A stretch of DNA of 64,000 nt from Vicugna vicugna (taxonomy: Eukaryota). This document shows positions 14,096 to 25,199 of this stretch, one piece after another. The stretch lies in assembly GCA_013265495.1 (NCBI GenBank), contig MU058337.1:3316686-3380685 (forward strand). Reading direction: 5' to 3'. Position numbers and translations under genes: made by a program. The notes beneath the pieces were generated by a model. The model was given only the letters and a program-made list of their open reading frames with translations, was not told the DNA's origin and ran no database searches. Position 1 is the first letter of the stretch; each line of letters begins with the position of its first letter.

Positions 14096-16665
14096 CAGAA
14101 AAGATAGTATTTAAAGGAAATTTTTAGATGTTTTAACTCAAGCACCACAGAATTACATACTGCCAATAAATGCACATCTAATTTTGTATTTACTTAGTAT
14201 GAACAAAAAAGAAAAAAATGAGAAATATTCAAGTTGTGTAGTATACAACTTTAATTTTTTAATGGTGAATGCAGTTTCTTTCAATTATTTTTTCCCTAGG
14301 CACTATCACACAATATTTCATATTTAAGCTATGGTTATTTTAAATGTCTCATAGGCAATGAACCAAAGCAGTACATAGCATACCAATAAGAAGAAAAAAA
14401 CTGATAGAAACTTAACACTTTAGGGTTCTTTTTTAATGCTTCCAAGCTACAGAATAGAATTTAAGCAACAAAAATTCTAAATGAAAATAGAATTTAAGAA
14501 ATGAAAGCTTCATAAAAATTTTAAAAAGGTTCTATTCTTGCCAGGTGAATGTTATATCCTGGATAGAACTGTTTTATCTTATGAGCATTTTTGTTCCACT
14601 TTGCCCCACTAAACTAATTGGCTTGAAGGCAGCAGAGTAATAAAAAACGAATTTATCGCATTAGCTTCATGTAAAGCATCTATTATATTCAAAAGAAGGC
14701 ACTTAGGAACGTTCAAAACCCTTGTCACTTGGTTTGTCCTATGCTTACCAAATGCCTTCTGTATAGTGTCTCTCTCCCTCGCTCTTTAATCTCTGCTAAA
14801 AGATCTTTCTGTAAGCTTCCTAAACTTCCCTCTCACTTTTAAAATTCCAAAATTCTCTCTTTGGACATACTTATGTCAATGGAGGCTACATTACCCTACT
14901 TTTCCGTAGTTTCAGACATCAAATCCCACAAAAAAGCCTGGGTCGCACTGTTGCCACACATGTGTACTCCTCCGAGCAGGTGGTCGCGGCCCAGTGCTGT
15001 CCCCAAAAGGACACACCAACTGTGACGTCTGAGAGAAGAAATAACAGCAATATTTCCAAAGAGCCATTCAGACCAGAGACCGATCGCATGTGTGCGCTTA
15101 AATTCAGCAAAAACAACAGCCGTCTCCCAATTCCATCTTTATTAACCGACTGTCCTCAGTGATTAAAAAGAAATGATAATCTCTCTCTCCTTGTTTTTCT
15201 TTAATATTGTGATTGCTTCATCCAAATTGTATGGCTCAAAACAATGTTGAAGGGGCCCAGGAGCAGCTGGGAGGAAGTTCAAACCCAGGTCAGCCTGCAG
15301 CCTAACTGAGCTAAGATTTCTACCTCTTTAGCCTAAATTATAAGTGCATTAAAAACCAACGTCCTGTGATGTGAAATGGCAGCTCTGAGTCTTGCACACA
15401 AACAACGTGCAGAAACGTGGACAGGGTGTTGCCTTACAGATATGATGCATTCTGAAAGCCCTGACAAAAGCTTGCAAAATAAAACACCGAGAGTTCAAGG
15501 CTCTCCCATCCCTCCTCCCTCAGAGCCTCGGATGAGAGGCGAGTCGGAACGTGCCCTTGCACTGAACTCAGTATTGCCTATAAAGTTTATACGGTTTGTT
15601 AAAAGGTCCTTTATGTGATAACTCTTCCGATAAGGGCTGGGGGCAGAGAAAATGAGACAGGACGCAAGCGAAAGGAAGACAGAACGAGGCAGTGATCAGG
15701 GAATTGGGTCCGTCAGGAAACGGATGAAAGGAATCTTTCTCTCGGTGCTCTGTGCATCCTGTCCCGTCACTTTGTTTATATGTGTTTCCTCAAATGTTAA
15801 CATTGTTATATCATATTTCATTAAAACTAACCATGAAGGAATAAAATCCTTCCACCTGACCTCACTGCATTTTAATTCCGCTATGTGTGTCTGAATGATG
15901 CCTGTCATCTGACTCCTTCTACAAAAACATCTCAGCGGGAAAGAAAAGACTCTAAACAGAAATAATGATTTCTCGTGCTTCGTGTGTACATAATAAAGGG
16001 GTCTCAAGATTAAAGTAATACTCTAAAAATGTATGTCAAAGGCAAGGGGAAAATACTGTTTGTCTGTGCTATTATCATTCGACCGAATATCAAATTTACC
16101 TTGGAGGTCTCTGTTATCCAAGGGAAAAAGACAAAACAGAAGTACAACGCTGGATGGAGTATCCCTAATTAATAGCAAATGTACCAGTTATATCAAAAGA
16201 GATTAGTTATTCCTGGGTCTAAATTGCTAAAGGAATTCGTCACTGTAGGTCTTTATATTAGATACCAGTTAACTCAGTGGGAAATAGTTTACAGAGTAGC
16301 CAAAAGTAGTTTATAGAAAAGAAAAGCACAGTTATTCTTAGACTGGCCTTTTCTTTTGTCAGTCCTCCACAATAGTCAAAGCTTACCAGGTTTAATGATG
16401 GTCATTGTCTCCAGGCTTATACAAAATTTAGGTGTAGCCAAAGTTTTATCATATTTTATGTTGCATACAAAGATCCAGGTTCTGTAATTGGAAGATACGC
16501 AAGTGTCAAGTTCAGACATTGTTGTTGTCTGGTCTCTCTTATTATCTCCTTTTTCACTTTTCAAATCCACCAAGTGATTAATTGATTTTTATGGACTAAA
16601 AATATTTAATAAAAGTATTTCTAAAACCCTGGGAGGAAATAGTTTCAAATCAGAAGCGTCAGGTA

Positions 16666-16717
16666 ACTGACTATAACTCAATAAAACAAAATTTAAAAAA
16701 AGAAAAGAAAAGAAAAA
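16666..16717 (+). mobile_element. Ultra-short L1 3' end plus A-tail, flanked by a target-site duplication
   Basis: 'actgactataactcaataaaa' plus A-rich tail, between aagcgtcaggta (16654-16665) and aagcatcaggta (16718-16729). Confidence 0.8.
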
Positions 16718-16792
16718 AAGCATCAGGTAGTTTCAAGAGTAATAAGCTTAACTCGGATCCTTCTAAACCTTAAGTAAAAAATAATCTTAAGT

Positions 16793-16837
16793 GGGGAGAG
16801 TATAGCTCAAGTGGTAGAGCACATGCTTAGCAGACAC
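16793..16837 (+). mobile_element. 5' head only of a tRNA-Ala-like (Vic-1-type) SINE
   Basis: 'ggggagagtatagctcaagtggtagagcacatgcttagca' matches the head of the full copy at 49742-49873. A-box present; B-box and tail absent. Confidence 0.8.
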
Positions 16838-17456
16838 AATCATCAATTTGCATCAATCAAGATAGTAATGTGCACACCCCTACTGTTGTCATCTATACCT
16901 TAAATATTTATGATAGTGAAAAAAAATAAGCAAATAAATTGTGTGTAAATGTCTACATACAGTGCCTGTGTTAGAAATCTCAGTTCTAAATCTCAGAAAA
17001 TTAGAGGGTATAAAATATCTTCCTCTGGAAAAAAAAAGTATCTGGAATTCACTTGAAATACACTCTCAGTGGATGAGACTATTTCCAATTAAACTGTCCT
17101 TTGGGACAATACTGAGCTCCGGTTTATTTAACCAGTCACAAGAATTGAACGTTTTTGAATGGAACTGATGCAGAATGTTGAAGAGGGAGCACAGACACAC
17201 GCTGCATTATAGTACCAAAAACCACTATTACCAATCATTAAAATATCATAATGAAATATTTTTTCAAGTGATTTCAGAAATATTTTCTTAGGCACCGTGA
17301 CCCTCTTGGTCGATTGGTTTTAATCTGCTTTAACCTTCATTACGTCAAATGTTGTTTTTCTCCTCCGTGATTGAAATTTTCCCCACGAAGACGACTGGCA
17401 GTGTTGGCTCGTCACATGGTGACGAGATGCCACTCGGCAACCTCTCTGTCTCAGTA

Positions 17457-17662
17457 CAGCTGACCCTTTGAACCATGGGGTCTACTTATAAGCAGAATTT
17501 CTCCCCCCACTAAATACAGTACCGTGTGATCTAAGGTTGATTGAATCTGTGGATTTAGAACCCAGGATATGCAAGGCCCAACATGGGACTTGGCCATCTG
17601 CAGATTTTGGTGTCCCTGGCGGGGCCTGGAACCAAACCCCTGCAGATTCAAAGGGTCAACTA
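17457..17662. mobile_element. Tigger2/MER2-like TcMar MITE
   Basis: Terminal inverted repeats cagctgaccctttgaa (17457-17472) and ttcaaagggtcaacta (17647-17662); TA to the left; internal 'gattttggtgtcc...cctggaaccaaacccc' motif. Confidence 0.8.
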
Positions 17663-18329
17663 TGGATCGAAGCCCGACGTAAACAGAGCTCCTATTCATG
17701 CCTACAGACACAGGTCAGCCCTCACTGAGGTCTGGCTTGTTTTCCCTCCTGCAGGACTGGATTCGTATTCGAAACATCCAGTTGTTTCTAAGCCCCGCAC
17801 TAGAGCCCATCTAGAAGTTCTGATTCAAAAGACTCAGATCTTGGGTCACAAATACATGTTAGTTGTGAAAACCTTTCTTAAACCACTCATTTTGAAAGGT
17901 TTGGCTGAATATCACTTTTAGTTTCTCAAAAGTCAGAATGGCTTTCTTAACGCATCCTAGGCTCTTCCCACTCCTCATTACTATTCTGAGAAGTGGGTCA
18001 AACTGAAAGCCACAAGACCTAATCATTTAGTTGTGTTCTTAGAAGAAATAGTCTTATACGAATATATTTTTTCTTGCAGGGAACGTGAACAATTCTGAAT
18101 AATTTGAACCAGTCATTGAGAGATCTATGCCTCAGGAATGAAGACTTCTTTTTGCATTCTGGAAGGACCTAGAAAGTACAACTTGAAAGTCCAAGAGGGA
18201 ATATTTGAAAGGAGCTAAGTTTGAAGTGCTAACTCCAGATTTTCAAGTTGTGATGGCACCAGGGAAACATGCTTACGTTTCCAGACAGTTTAGACAGTAC
18301 TCATGCTAAGAGTTCCTATTTTAGAAAGG

Positions 18330-18330
18330 G

Positions 18331-18365
<35 letters not shown>
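18330..18365. repeat. (TG)n microsatellite
   Basis: Directly visible, with one interruption. Confidence 0.9.
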
Positions 18366-18366
<1 letters not shown>

Positions 18367-19287
18367 TGTCTGCAAGCAGGGACATATCTTATTCAACAGC
18401 TACACATCAGGTTGAATGATAAAAAGTGAGCCTGCAATACACACACCCACAGAGAACTTCCAACGGGGCCACACTCGCCCTGGACTGCTCGGAGGAACTG
18501 TGGAGTCCCACAACATGAAGTCAGCTTCTCCGGAACCTAGAATGCAAAAGGCTCTCATAGGCCGTCTTTCCAAAGCCACCTTACCTCCAGAAATGAGATC
18601 TCACACCAGTGGGGACTCAGGAAATGAAGTATGGTGACCTCGTGGATGTCCAAAAAGTGGGTTGAGCATCATAGGATTGATGTTAAGAGGGGAAAAAAAA
18701 GTGTTTTCTCAGAGACCTAGGGAGCAAGGCAAGGTTGTCCAGTCAGAAACAGGTGATTTTTGTGAAAGAATTCCACTTAAAGGATGTCTCTCCACAGATG
18801 CTTCCTCTTTGCTCTGTGAGAAAAGTTCTATATGGCATATGAATAAACATCTTTCCTTTTCTTTCAGGATCTTTTTACTTTTAAGTGTAAAATCTGATAA
18901 ATTCACATAGTTCTGTGGAATGTACCACAGGAAAAAAGGAAGGAGAGGTGTCCTCTCCTGGCTCCGGCTCTGGCTCCGGCTCTGGCTCTCTTAGTCCCTA
19001 AGTTCAGGAAGTGGCCTCCTTTAGAAGGCCTGTGCCCGGAACTTCTGGAAGGTTGCCCAGAGGATAGGAAGAGATGCCCATGGTGGGACTGGGAAGATTA
19101 TGAGATGCAGTGGAGAGACTGCTAACCGGACAACTCAGGAGCCAGTACGAACAACTCTTTGTCCATTTTCCCAGATGTAGTTCCTTAAAAAAAGGGAAAC
19201 ATCAACTTTGCGAGTCTATGTGTGAAACAAGGAACCCATAATTGTACTATTTTCTAAATGTAAATATTTCTTACTTGGTCTCAAACA

Positions 19288-19288
<1 letters not shown>

Positions 19289-19337
<49 letters not shown>
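19289..19337. repeat. (ATT)n microsatellite, about 16 units
   Basis: Perfect trinucleotide run. Confidence 0.95.
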
Positions 19338-19338
<1 letters not shown>

Positions 19339-20629
19339 TTTGCTTTGTGACAGTATTTTGAGGCTAATAGTTTAAGGTGATACTTCCCCTCCTGCACCAG
19401 CTCCATACTTGAAATTTATAATTTTGTGAAATGAGAAGTTCTTTCATTGTGCCTTCTACAAACACTAATTCAAAAACGTCCTGAGAGATGAAGGGTTTGG
19501 CTCTAACTCTGGTGTCACACGCGGGCCCCCTGTGGGCCAGGAGGACTCGGGACACAGCTGCCAAAACCACCACACCTGCTGGAGCCTGGATCTTCAGAAG
19601 GTGGACTGGGGAGATGGCTTTTAACTGACTGGCTTCCCAGTGGAAACAGAGAAAATAATTTGCTCTATTAGATCATGGCTTGTCTTGGAAATAATCCAGC
19701 AGGGGAAAGGCTTTAATTTTTGCCAGCCTTCTGAAGAGACCATCAGTGAAAGAGGGTACTGTGTGCATGAGCAATTCGGGAATGAAAAGAACAATGGCGA
19801 ACAGCACACCAGCTTTGAACTGCAAAGCATCTGAACTGTTGCAAAAGGAAATGTCTCAGAAGGATAACGGTACCTCTCACTCCGAAAACGCTGCTAAATG
19901 AGCCTATCAACTAAGAATTAGGAAGCTACCCAGAGGCATCAGCATTGTTTTAGGAGGAGATTGAAACACGTATTTATCTAGGAAAGAAAACTTTATGCCT
20001 CATTTTCGCTGTCCATTTGTTCATATTGATTTTTATCATAATTTAGAAACAGAGCCAAACACTCCACAACACAAAAGCAGAATAAACCTCGCTTTCTTAT
20101 TACACCAGAGACCTTCTAAGTAGCAGAGGATTTTGATTTAGATTCAGGCATTAAAATTAAATCACACATCCTAAGGAAAAATGATCTGTAATAATGAAAG
20201 CCACACACATGGGATATGAAAGTGGTATTGAATAATGAAGCAAACTACAGTTGCCGTGTGCGGGGCCAGGATGATTTAATGAAGAGTGCTCCTGAAAACA
20301 AATTTCTTCTCTGCTGTCGTCTATCGATTGCTGGCGTATTAGCAAACAAATTACTGGAAGAGATGAATATCATAAATTAGAAAGGAATTATTTCTCCTCA
20401 ATTAAAGTAGCTTCATTTTATGGACGCACGACAGAGGCTGTCAGGACGGTGCCTGTAGGTACAATTGCAGGGCACAGCGGAAACATGAGCTGGAACAGGC
20501 TATAAAGGCTGCCATTTCTGCCACCGTTACTGGGCGACACTAGCCACCAGGTAACGAGAAAGCGTGTGGTTCTGATATCGGCAATTCTCTCATTGCCTGG
20601 GCTCCTTGACCTAATTCTTCTTAAAAAAA

Positions 20630-20915
20630 TTTTTTAATCAAAATATAATTGATTTACAGTGTTGTGTTATTTCCTGGTGTAGAGCAATGTGATTCAGTTA
20701 TACATACATATACATTTTCTTTTTCATATTATTTTTATTATAGGTTATTACAAGATATTGAATATAGTTCCTTCTATGTAGTAGAGCTTTGTTCTTTATC
20801 TGTTTTATATACAGTAGTTTGTATCTGCTCATCCCAAACTCCTAATTTAGCTTTCCCCCCAACTTTCCCCTTTGGTAATCACACTTCTGTTTTCTAAGTC
20901 TGTGAGTCTGTTTCT
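20630..20915 (-). mobile_element. 5'-truncated LINE-1 3' end
   Basis: 'ttgatttacagtgttgtgttatttcctggtgtagagcaatgtgattcagtta...ggttattacaagatattgaatatagttcc...tttggtaatc...tctgtgagtctgtttct'. Confidence 0.85.
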
Positions 20916-22474
20916 TTTAACGCCACCCAAGGTAGTGAGCGAGGTCAAGATTTTCCTGCATTCATTCTGAGCTGCTTTGAAAGCTCTGAGTTGGGGCTTT
21001 TCTCTTTTCTCTTCTTTTAAATCAACATCTTTATCTTGTTTGGTCCATTTTAAGATTTTCTGATTAAAATGTTTATTAGCGATAGTTTAACCAGGTTACA
21101 GAGTTTTATGACATTTTTAAAAAATACTTTTTTTTTTCTCTTGGGTGATAAAGATCATTATAGTAAATACTTTTTTATTAGAGGATTAAACAGACGAGGA
21201 TTGGAATCTCATAGACTCATGAAAAGAATTTTATCTGCCCATCTTATTTTTTTTTGTGAGTCATTTTTCTGTCATTAATGTTTTGGGAAAACACAGGGCT
21301 TGTTTCAATCGCTTCAACTTCAATCACAAAAAGAATGCATTTTTCAGGTGGTCCTCATAAACCAGAAGCAATCTTACTAGATAGTTGGAAGGCAAAAAGC
21401 CGGTCCAGCTAGTACCAAATCCCTCTCAACTACGCTTTGTGATTCTGCATTGATTTTACTTCAGTATTTGACTTCTGAGGAATTTTAGGTATGTAACACT
21501 AAAATAATGTCTAACAAAAATTACTGAGATATGTTAAAAGGGAATGAACTATTTTTACTCATATTTATAGGAAATAAAAGAGAAAAGCAAAAGGAAGCAA
21601 GAAAGAGAGAAAAAAGTTTTCATGGCTGCAAAACTGTGAGGGGGAAAAAATATCCCCTAAAGATCCCTAAGAGAGAGACAAAAAAATCTCTGTCTTGTAA
21701 GTTTTGGATGGAAATAATACTTGGTTGTGGGCAAAAGGTTTTTACAAGTAGGAAGCTCAGGATAAATGAGGGGTGATCTCTACAGGGACTGAAGAGCTGT
21801 GATGCACGATAAGGACTGAATGTGTCACAAAAGATTTCACAGATCATCTGGGTTCGGAGATTTTGAATAAGTTGTTGTTGGAAAGGTCTTCTGAAATAGC
21901 ATATAAGTAATGGTTCCTTCCTCAACGTGTAGAGTAAAAATCTCATGTTAAATTGTCATAAAATATTCGGTGGCTCACACCTGCTCGTCTTAGATGGTAG
22001 GCATGGGCAAGATGAAAATACGCCTGCTGGTTTGACAGAATCAAAGAAGGTCAAGGACAACCACACAGGCTTGCTGTTCATTCCTCTCCTTTTTGCTGCT
22101 ATAAATATCTGTCTTCTCTTTTCATGCTATCGATGCCTTTACATAAAACCATGCAAGTAAAAAGAGTGCAACATTATCGGGTTAAACAAGCAGTTTCTAT
22201 ATCACTTTAGGACATTTTCTCGATAAATTAAGACAAGTAATTATAAGGGAGAAAAATGCATGAAAACTTATATTTTTTCAAAAGCCTGAAGACCATTGAT
22301 AGACTTATTCCGTGCATGTTCATCTGTACCTATAAAAATGTCATCGTTTCAAAATTCAAATGCTTCTACTTGGGTGTCATAATCAAATACAATACAATTC
22401 TCAGATTTGAAACTCATTCTTCAAATAACAGCTGTCAGAAAACCCCAGTATTATAAAGGAAAAATATATGCATG

Positions 22475-22494
22475 GTGTGTGTGTGTGTGTGTGT
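22475..22494. repeat. (GT)n microsatellite
   Basis: Directly visible. Confidence 0.85.
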
Positions 22495-22925
22495 ATACAG
22501 GCAAACTAAGCTCGCTATTTAATATACACAAGGGTCAAGAGGGTACCTTGGAGCCCTGACTGTAGTCTCCTGCCTCTACCTTGTGATCCTACAAGCACAA
22601 TTTAAAGATTACTGCAAGAGCTCTGCATAAGGAAAATGAAGCTTCTAATCTTTTGCTTTAGTCACGAAATAAAGCGAAAGCTACAGAAGTCTTGTGCCAC
22701 CATGGGGAAATTTTTATCTTTAAAAGTACTTGCCAGAAATTAACCATTCTCTCTACATTTATTAGAAGTAATATTATCTACTTATTAGAAATAATAAGCT
22801 TTGCAGTATTCTGTGTAAGTTCTACTGGATAAAGTTTGAAATTTGAATTGAATATGAATTTGAAAGAAAAAGGAGCCTGAATGAATTCTGCAGCCTGAAC
22901 CATTTTCCATTATATTAAAACTTAT

Positions 22926-23005
22926 CAACATTGTAAAATGACTATAACTCAATAAAAAAAGTTAAATAAGTAAATAAATTAATAAAATAAAAGTGGGAAA
23001 AAATA
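22926..23005 (+). mobile_element. Short L1 3' end plus A-rich tail
   Basis: 'caacattgtaaaatgactataactcaataaaaaaa' is the reverse complement of the terminus of the minus-strand L1 copies. Confidence 0.75.
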
Positions 23006-23484
23006 AATTATAAGACAGAAGCCTTGAATTCCACTATCTCCAAATAAAACTGCATGAAAAGAAAAAAAAAATCAAGATTTTTTATTAGTAACAAATCTTA
23101 AAGCTGAGTTATCCAGTAAATGACACCAGCACTACGCAGCCCCTTGCTATATTTAACTCTTTTATTATCAACAAAACACGTCTCTAAGTTCTCAAAGAAT
23201 TTCCATTAAAAAAATGGGCCTTACAAAATACATAAACCATGAAATTATTGTCAACAGTGCCACAATCCCCTCAGACATAAAGTCCAATAAAAATACTCTT
23301 GGCGTAGATAAAGTCTGTGAATATGCTATAATGTGGAGATAACATGCCGAATTGACATTTATTAATCATAGTAAAGTACCCATTAAAATTACATCGTATG
23401 TGTGTTAAGCAGAAGCACTCAGGATATCATAAGACAAATCACAGCGTCAGGTTTTGCCCCAGTCTGAGCTGCAACCTGAGAACT

Positions 23485-24095
23485 CAGCGATCTGCGACCC
23501 GAGCTTCACGGCTCTTCCTGCGACTGGTCCGCGAGGGCAGCCTCACGCTGGCCTCTTCACCGCTAAAAACGGCTGCTCTCGTGCTAACAGTGAATAACCA
23601 CTGACAAAAATTACCAGTTTTCATTTGATCCTGTTCACCTCGGGGAAGATAAAATGAAAGCCAGCCGCAAAGGGAACACTGAGTAATCCTGCAGTTCTTT
23701 GAGCTGCAGGCCAAAGCGGGGAGCGATGCTCGCCAAGTGACAGCGACGGTGGTTAAGAGACGGCCGGCGGGTGCCGGTGCCCGCATGACCTGACGGACCA
23801 GGACTCCAGGGCCGGCTGGGCGCCCCGGCAGCACTGAGCCCAGCTGTGAGGGTGGGACGTGACTTTGACAGATCCGGTCCCCGCACTGCTGTCCCAACGG
23901 CCTTGGAGAGGAGCTAAGGCGTGACAGAGCTTTGTTTTTGTTTCGCTCCTCCTTCTGTTTCCCGAGAGTCGATGAGATCGAAGTCCTCGCCATTGTACAC
24001 CGCACAGAGCCCCCACCTCGCCGCTGAGCATCATTTTGTCTGTACTTACCACCATGGCATCAGAGATAGAATCCGAACACCGTATTTGGTTCGCC
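23485..24095. promoter_or_regulatory. CpG-island-like segment (orphan)
   Basis: About 43 CpG dinucleotides counted by eye in ~610 bp of GC-rich sequence, in a CpG-poor window. Not recognised as a repeat. Confidence 0.65.
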
Positions 24096-24199
24096 AGTGA
24101 ACAGATAGAGCCTCTGGGTTAAATCATAGGCAGAAAATAATATACTAAACAGTCTATGCGTAACAACCTAGGATTGTCTACTAAGTATTTTCCAGCGTT

Positions 24200-24222
24200 T
24201 TATATATATATATATATATATA
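24200..24222. repeat. (TA)n microsatellite
   Basis: Directly visible. Confidence 0.9.
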
Positions 24223-24241
24223 AAATGTTTGTCTCTATTAA

Positions 24242-24341
24242 TGGAGTGAACTATCCAGGTTCACTCCAAATGCGAGTTTTCCCAAGACGTGGGACTAAAT
24301 CTGGGAATTCCTAGGTGAATCGGGGTGAGCTGGCCACCCCC
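24242..24341. mobile_element. MER81-like hAT-Blackjack MITE
   Basis: 'gagtgaactatccaggttcac...ttttcccaagacgtgggac...ctgggaattcctaggtgaatcggggtgagctggccaccc' follows the ~110 bp MER81 layout. Confidence 0.65.
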
Positions 24342-25199
24342 CACTTTCCCTTCTACGTATCTTCTGTCACGTGTAGATGAGTCGTGATGCCTTGACCTCC
24401 AGGAGTGGACATCTTCCCCTCAATTTTGTGACTTTCAAGAAAATAGGGGAAAAAATATTTTTGAAAGAGAAAGTAAAGTGAATTTAGCTGTAAAATATGA
24501 GATGTGAAGCACAGTGAATTCACAACGGCAAATCAGAGTCATTCTGCAAAGGATACTCAAGGGGAAAATTGGTATTTATCTATAATGATCAATTTATGTA
24601 TTATCATTTCCACGGTAGTGAAATTCCTGCCTATTAAAATGTAAATGAAGCACACTTCAAGATGTCACACAGTATCCTTTAGGGGACACCCACTACTATA
24701 GTTCAGACCTTTTAAAATAAAAATGCTTAAGTATTAGATAATAAATTACTTACCAAAGTTTACTGACCAAACTAAATACTTACACATTAAATAACCAAAT
24801 TACTACTATTTATTTAAACGAGGACTAGTGGCTGAAGATGAAGTCCATTTAATATTTAGAAGTTTGTGCTTAAAAGTTAGCTGTGGGCCAACCATGAACA
24901 CCATTTACCCATCCCCTTACTTCAGTAATGAAAACAGGTTAGAGAAGAGTCACAACACGCTCTGTAAATAATTATTGATCTTGTTGATGAGAAAACAGAC
25001 ATATGAACTGTTTTCAAAGAAAAATTATTAAAATAACTTTCCATAAAGTTCACTTAGAGGTACTAATTATATTGATTTGGTGAAACAATTCTTTACTATT
25101 ACCCAGACTGTCTCGATATTATCGTGCACACACAGGAAATTCTGAAAACCTTCTTTTTAGATATAAGATATTTTATTTGTAAATGATGATCTTCTAAAT

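Noticed and set aside
16387..16481. Minus-strand 95-nt exon candidate (donor CTG|gtaagc)
   Set aside because: The acceptor tract is weak, and its only open frame is out of phase with the 8419 candidate, giving an immediate stop.
16793..16837. Functional tRNA-Ala gene
   Set aside because: Only the 5' half is present, with no T-arm or acceptor 3' strand; it matches the SINE at 49742.
17408..17426. Hairpin ctcgtcac-atg-gtgacgag
   Set aside because: An 8-bp stem is expected by chance in 64 kb and is too short for a pre-miRNA.
18958..18988. (GGCTCY)n hexamer run as a coding or CRISPR-like repeat
   Set aside because: A simple five-unit tandem repeat with no spacers or ORF context. No CRISPR array or prokaryotic feature appears anywhere in the window.
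23484..24005. 173-aa minus-strand ORF (the longest)
   Set aside because: It lies in the GC-rich island where stop codons are scarce; its R/S/P/G-rich composition has no recognisable homology.
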